From assembly GCA_902593675.1 (NCBI GenBank), contig CACJJI010000001.1:256957-320956 (forward strand): a stretch of DNA of 64,000 nt, written 5' to 3'. This DNA is from an uncultured SAR86 cluster bacterium (lineage in GTDB: Bacteria > Pseudomonadota > Gammaproteobacteria > Magnimaribacterales > D2472). A program made the translations under genes and the position numbers. Of this stretch, positions 59,827-64,000 are shown one piece after another; position 1 is the stretch's first letter, and the number at the start of each line of letters is the position of its first letter. Under the pieces are notes generated by a model, which did not search any database, was not told the origin of the DNA, and saw only the letters and a list, made by a program, of their open reading frames with translations.

Positions 59827-61446
59827 ATGAATTTAGATTTTGCGTCGGTTTGGGAAATGGTTTCAGATTTAGTGCCTGAAAATGATGCTTTGATATGTGG
59901 TGAAGATATTGTTTCATGGAAAGAATATGATGACAGAGCAAGTAAAATTGCATCTGCATTAAGTGAGGCTGGGCTTGGGGCTAATTCAAAAGCTGGGCTG
60001 TATTTAAACAACTCCAATGAATACCTAATTGCTCAATATGCAATTTTTAAAGTTGGTGGAATCCCAATCAATGTTAATTACCGTTATGTTGAGGAAGAAC
60101 TAATCTACCTGCTAGAAAACTCTGATGCTGAAGCAGTTTTTTATCATGCATGCTATAGCTCAAGAATAAAGGAAATTGCTGGATCTCTTCCTAATATCAA
60201 GGCTTGGATAGAAGTTTCAGATGGAACAGAGTCAAAATTTGATCAATCTTTAAAGTATCAAGATCTCTTGAGCCAGCATTCACCCATGAAAAGGATTCAT
60301 CGAGATCCTGAAACCATTTATATGCTTTATACCGGGGGTACAACTGGAATGCCTAAGGGTGTAATGTACAAACAAGGAGAGTTCCTTGTTTATCTTTTTA
60401 GAACACTTAAGGCAATGGGCTACGATGTTCCAGAAGATTTAAGTGACCTAGAATCAAGAATAGAAGCATCAAAATCCAGTAATGCATTCATAAGGAGTGT
60501 GGTTGGATGTCCTCTTATGCATGGAACAGGTATGTGGCTGGGTGCATTCTTGCCCCTGCTTCTCGGTGGCACTGCAATAACTACAAGCAATCTTGGTTTT
60601 GATCCAGATCAGTTATGGACTCAAGTTCAAAACAAAAAAGCAACGAACATTGTGATAGTTGGTGATGCATTTGCAAAACCGATGCTTGATGCATTAAATA
60701 GAGCCGCATCAGATGGTAATGCTTATGATATAAGTTCTGTACAGGTAATTATTTCAAGTGGTGTTATGTGGAGTGCCGAAGTGAAACAGGGGTTGTTACA
60801 GCATCATGATATGAGGTTAATGGATACCATGGGATCCACAGAAGGCGGAATGGGTGCCTCTGTAACAACAAGAGACAACCCCCCAGCCACAGCTAAATTC
60901 TCTCTTAATCCAGGTGTAATTGTTTTAGCGGATGATGGAGAAATTCTTTCTCCAGGATCTGAAAAAATAGGTCTGATTGGAACATCTGGTCTTGTTCCGG
61001 TTGGTTATTATAAAGATGAAAAAAAATCTGCCGAAACATTCAGAGAGGTTGATGGTGTCAGATATAGTTTTCCAGGCGACTATGCAAAACTTGAGGCAGA
61101 TGGAACAATTACTCTACTGGGTAGAGGAAGTAATTGCATAAATTCTGCAGGTGAAAAAATTTACCCTGAAGAGGTTGAAGAAGCATTAAAAAAAGATGCT
61201 TTGGTTTTTGATTGTCTGGTTGTTGGTATGCCAGATGAAAAATTTGGCCAAAAAATTGTAGCAGTGGTCTCAACTGTAGATAATCAGCAAGTTAATGAAG
61301 CTGAGTTGATTGAAAATACTAGAAAAATAATTGCTGGATACAAGCTGCCTAAAACTATTCTATTTGCCGACGAAGTTCAAAGAGCTCCCAATGGAAAAGC
61401 AAACTATAAATGGGCTAAAGCTTTTGCAGAAGAGCAATTAACATAA
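59827..61446 (+). CDS. Acyl-CoA synthetase (AMP-forming; YTGGTTG subtype)
   Basis: MLYTGGTTGMPKGV, GSTEGG, PGDYAK, and a terminal RAPNGKANYKW. Confidence 0.85.
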   Translation: MNLDFASVWEMVSDLVPENDALICGEDIVSWKEYDDRASKIASALSEAGLGANSKAGLYLNNSNEYLIAQYAIFKVGGIPINVNYRYVEEELIYLLENSDAEAVFYHACYSSRIKEIAGSLPNIKAWIEVSDGTESKFDQSLKYQDLLSQHSPMKRIHRDPETIYMLYTGGTTGMPKGVMYKQGEFLVYLFRTLKAMGYDVPEDLSDLESRIEASKSSNAFIRSVVGCPLMHGTGMWLGAFLPLLLGGTAITTSNLGFDPDQLWTQVQNKKATNIVIVGDAFAKPMLDALNRAASDGNAYDISSVQVIISSGVMWSAEVKQGLLQHHDMRLMDTMGSTEGGMGASVTTRDNPPATAKFSLNPGVIVLADDGEILSPGSEKIGLIGTSGLVPVGYYKDEKKSAETFREVDGVRYSFPGDYAKLEADGTITLLGRGSNCINSAGEKIYPEEVEEALKKDALVFDCLVVGMPDEKFGQKIVAVVSTVDNQQVNEAELIENTRKIIAGYKLPKTILFADEVQRAPNGKANYKWAKAFAEEQLT

Positions 61447-61470
61447 CAAATAAATACCCAGGCACAACCG

Positions 61471-62205
61471 ATGAAAAGATTTAAAGATAAAGTCGTATTA
61501 GTTACAGGAGCTGGGTCTGGTATTGGGAGATCTACTGCATTAAGAATGGATTCTGAAGGTGCAATACTGATAATTATAGATATCAATGAAGATGAACTCA
61601 TTAAAACTAAATCTATGTTAAAAAATAAAGAATCAACCGCTAAAGTTTTGGATATTTCAACCATAGCCGATGTTAAAAAATTTTTTAAAGACCTAAATAA
61701 GTTAGATGCTTTAATTAATGTTGCTGGGATTTTAAGGTTTGATAATTCTCACGAAGTTCAAATAGATGATTGGGAAAAAATTCTTAATGTAAATCTTACT
61801 GGAACTTTTTTTATGTGTAGCTATGCTCTTCCATTACTTCTTAAAAGTAAAGGAGCAATAGTAAATGTTTCATCAAGTGCTGCTCTTGGCTCTCATGCTT
61901 GGACTGCTGCTTACAGCGCATCAAAAGGCGGGATCAGCGCCTTCTCTAAAACTCTTGCAGTTGAATATGGAATGGAAGGCTTGAATGTAAATTGTGTGTG
62001 CCCTGCTTCAATTGAAACTCCAATGTCTACAAATCCAAATATGCCTAAAGATATAGATACTAGGCTCTTAAAAAAGATAATGCCAATTGATGGGGTCAAC
62101 AGGTCTCCTGATGAAATTGCCAGTACCATCGCATTTTTAGCTTCTGAGGATGCAATACATATCAATGGAATAGATTTGAGGGTAGATGGAGGCCTGCTTA
62201 CATAA
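61471..62205 (+). CDS. Short-chain dehydrogenase/reductase
   Basis: TGAGSGIG, NVAG, YSASKGG, CPASIETP. Confidence 0.9.
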   Translation: MKRFKDKVVLVTGAGSGIGRSTALRMDSEGAILIIIDINEDELIKTKSMLKNKESTAKVLDISTIADVKKFFKDLNKLDALINVAGILRFDNSHEVQIDDWEKILNVNLTGTFFMCSYALPLLLKSKGAIVNVSSSAALGSHAWTAAYSASKGGISAFSKTLAVEYGMEGLNVNCVCPASIETPMSTNPNMPKDIDTRLLKKIMPIDGVNRSPDEIASTIAFLASEDAIHINGIDLRVDGGLLT

Positions 62206-62207
62206 AA

Positions 62208-63899
62208 ATGAAATTTTTATCGTTTCTACTTTTAGCCTGTTCATTAAATATACAAGCTACTATTTTTAGTTCAAAGGCAATTGTTCATCCCGAAGTTGGT
62301 AAAAATGGCATGGTGGTTTCGCAGCACTACCTTGCTACAAATGCAGGTCATTCAATCCTTGCAGATGGAGGTAATGCCTATGATGCATCTATAGCAGTTG
62401 CATTTGCTTTAGCCGTAGTCTTGCCAAGAGCAGGCAACATTGGCGGCGGTGGGTTTATGGTCATGTTTGATGAAGCTTCGCAAGAAAGCTTCAGCATTGA
62501 CTACAGAGAAATGGCACCTGAGGCTGCAACTAAGAATATGTTTCTTTCTTCGGATGGATCTGTTGATAAGAAAAGAGCCACTCAAGGAATCTTATCGATT
62601 GGAGTTCCTGGTACAGTTTACGGCATGTGGGAAGTGCATCAGAAATTTGGAAGCTTGCCCTGGTCTACATTATTGGCTCCTGCAATTGAATTAGCAGAAG
62701 ATGGATTTCTTATTTCTCCGTTCATGGCTGATGCACTCAATAAGCGATATGAAAAACTTGCAAAATTTAAGAATTTTAAAAGCATTTTTTACTCAAATTA
62801 TCCAGTACAAATGCATCAAAGGCTTAAACAACCAGATCTAGCCAATACCTTAAAAACCATCTCCATTAATGGTGTAAAAGGTTTTTATGAAGGTGAAGTA
62901 GCAACAAAAATTGATACTTATATGAAACAAAATGGCGGATTAATAACTAAAAAAGATTTAAAAAATTACCGTCCTATTTGGCGAGAAACACTTAGAGGTA
63001 ATTTTAATGAGCATGAGATAGTGACCATGGGCCCTCCTTCATCTGGTGGCGTTCATATTATTCAAATGCTAAATATTCTAGAAAATTTTGACTTAATTAA
63101 GATGGGTCATAACTCTCCAACCTATACAGCATTACTAACAGAATCAATGAAGTATGCCTATGCTGATAGATCTAAATACCTAGGTGATCCAGGATTTTTT
63201 GATGTTCCAGTTCAATCACTTATCAGCAAAGAGTATGCGCAAAAGATATCTAAAAAGATCACGCTTAATTCGATCACAGCCTCTGAAAAGATTCTTCCTG
63301 GATCTGAGTTGAGGCACGAAAGTTTGGATACAACTCATTTTTCAGTTGCTGATAAAAATGGAAACATTGTTTCAAATACCTACACTTTAAATTCAGGCTT
63401 TGGGTCTGGCGTGGTGATTGATGGAACTGGTGTTTTAATGAACAACGAAATGGATGATTTTGTCTCGGCACCTGGAGTGCCAAATCAATTTGGGTTGATT
63501 GGCGGAGAAGCAAATAAAATTGAGCCATTTAAAAGACCTTTAAGCTCTATGACACCAACCATTGTATTGAAAAAGGGCAAGCCTATTTATGCAACTGGCT
63601 CTCCTGGCGGCTCTAGGATTATTACAACCGTTCTTCAGTTTCTGCTAAATACCCTAGTTTTTAAAATGGAAATCTCTGATGCAACTGTTGTTCCTAGAAT
63701 ACATCATCAGTGGAAACCAGATGTTCTAATGTTAGAAACTGGCTTTGATATTCAACATGCAAATAAAATTGAATCATTTGGCCAAAAGATATATTTTTCT
63801 GGGCCTGGAACTGCATTAGAAAGCATAGAAATAAAAAATGGTTTATTTTATGGCTTTGGAGATACAAGACGCCCAGATTCCAAAGCTAAAGGACTATAA
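62208..63899 (+). CDS. ggt: Gamma-glutamyltransferase
   Basis: Signal peptide, GGNAYDA, GIGGGGFM, autoprocessing/nucleophile site DTTHFSV, GSPGGSRII. Confidence 0.9.
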   Translation: MKFLSFLLLACSLNIQATIFSSKAIVHPEVGKNGMVVSQHYLATNAGHSILADGGNAYDASIAVAFALAVVLPRAGNIGGGGFMVMFDEASQESFSIDYREMAPEAATKNMFLSSDGSVDKKRATQGILSIGVPGTVYGMWEVHQKFGSLPWSTLLAPAIELAEDGFLISPFMADALNKRYEKLAKFKNFKSIFYSNYPVQMHQRLKQPDLANTLKTISINGVKGFYEGEVATKIDTYMKQNGGLITKKDLKNYRPIWRETLRGNFNEHEIVTMGPPSSGGVHIIQMLNILENFDLIKMGHNSPTYTALLTESMKYAYADRSKYLGDPGFFDVPVQSLISKEYAQKISKKITLNSITASEKILPGSELRHESLDTTHFSVADKNGNIVSNTYTLNSGFGSGVVIDGTGVLMNNEMDDFVSAPGVPNQFGLIGGEANKIEPFKRPLSSMTPTIVLKKGKPIYATGSPGGSRIITTVLQFLLNTLVFKMEISDATVVPRIHHQWKPDVLMLETGFDIQHANKIESFGQKIYFSGPGTALESIEIKNGLFYGFGDTRRPDSKAKGL

Positions 63900-63902
63900 C
63901 GT

Positions 63903-63992
63903 ATGCTTGATAAGCTTCTAATAATTACCCTCTACGCTATCCCAACGATCGGTTTATTGGTCGTATGCTTTTTGATTTCACGCAAAAAATAA
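63903..63992 (+). CDS. Possible 29-aa single-TM peptide
   Basis: Hand translation: MLDKLLIITLYAIPTIGLLVVCFLISRKK. The ATG lies 3 nt after the ggt stop. Very short, with no family recognised. Confidence 0.2.
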   Translation: MLDKLLIITLYAIPTIGLLVVCFLISRKK

Positions 63993-64000
63993 TTAATTAA

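Overview
AT-rich, very gene-dense window (most gaps are 40 nt or less, many 1-4 nt overlaps) that looks like the chromosome of a streamlined marine gammaproteobacterium. The taxonomy is inferred from trxB / ftsK-lolA-serS synteny and gene content; no search was run. I saw no rRNA, tRNA, CRISPR array, transposase, integrase or phage genes. Content from left to right:
- 1-12.9 kb: NupC-type transporter, 2OG oxygenase, a 1069-aa TonB-dependent receptor, serS-crcB-lolA-ftsK, trxB, and a reductase/SDR operon.
- 12.9-17.1 kb: two tandem glnK-amt modules, each behind a near-consensus sigma-54 promoter.
- 17.1-21.5 kb: the Na+-pumping oxaloacetate decarboxylase operon oadGAB.
- 24.8-32.9 kb: a long co-directional array. 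Its upstream 6.3 kb encodes a CoA ligase, two DUF35 proteins, two thiolase-fold proteins that appear to lack the catalytic Cys, and two crotonases.
- 34.6-53 kb: a phosphorus island with a beta-propeller phytase, porin, PitA, 11-bp-phased Pho-box-like repeats, PPK2, a short Ppx, a complete gspC-M type II secretion operon directly downstream of phoB-phoR.
- 53-64 kb: acyl-CoA ligases, a lipoprotein subtilase with a C-terminal beta-barrel, a KstD-like flavoprotein with SDRs, and gamma-glutamyltransferase.

The most interesting candidates are the DUF35/Cys-less thiolase-fold module and the PhoBR-coupled T2SS/phosphorus island. All family calls were made by eye from the translations.
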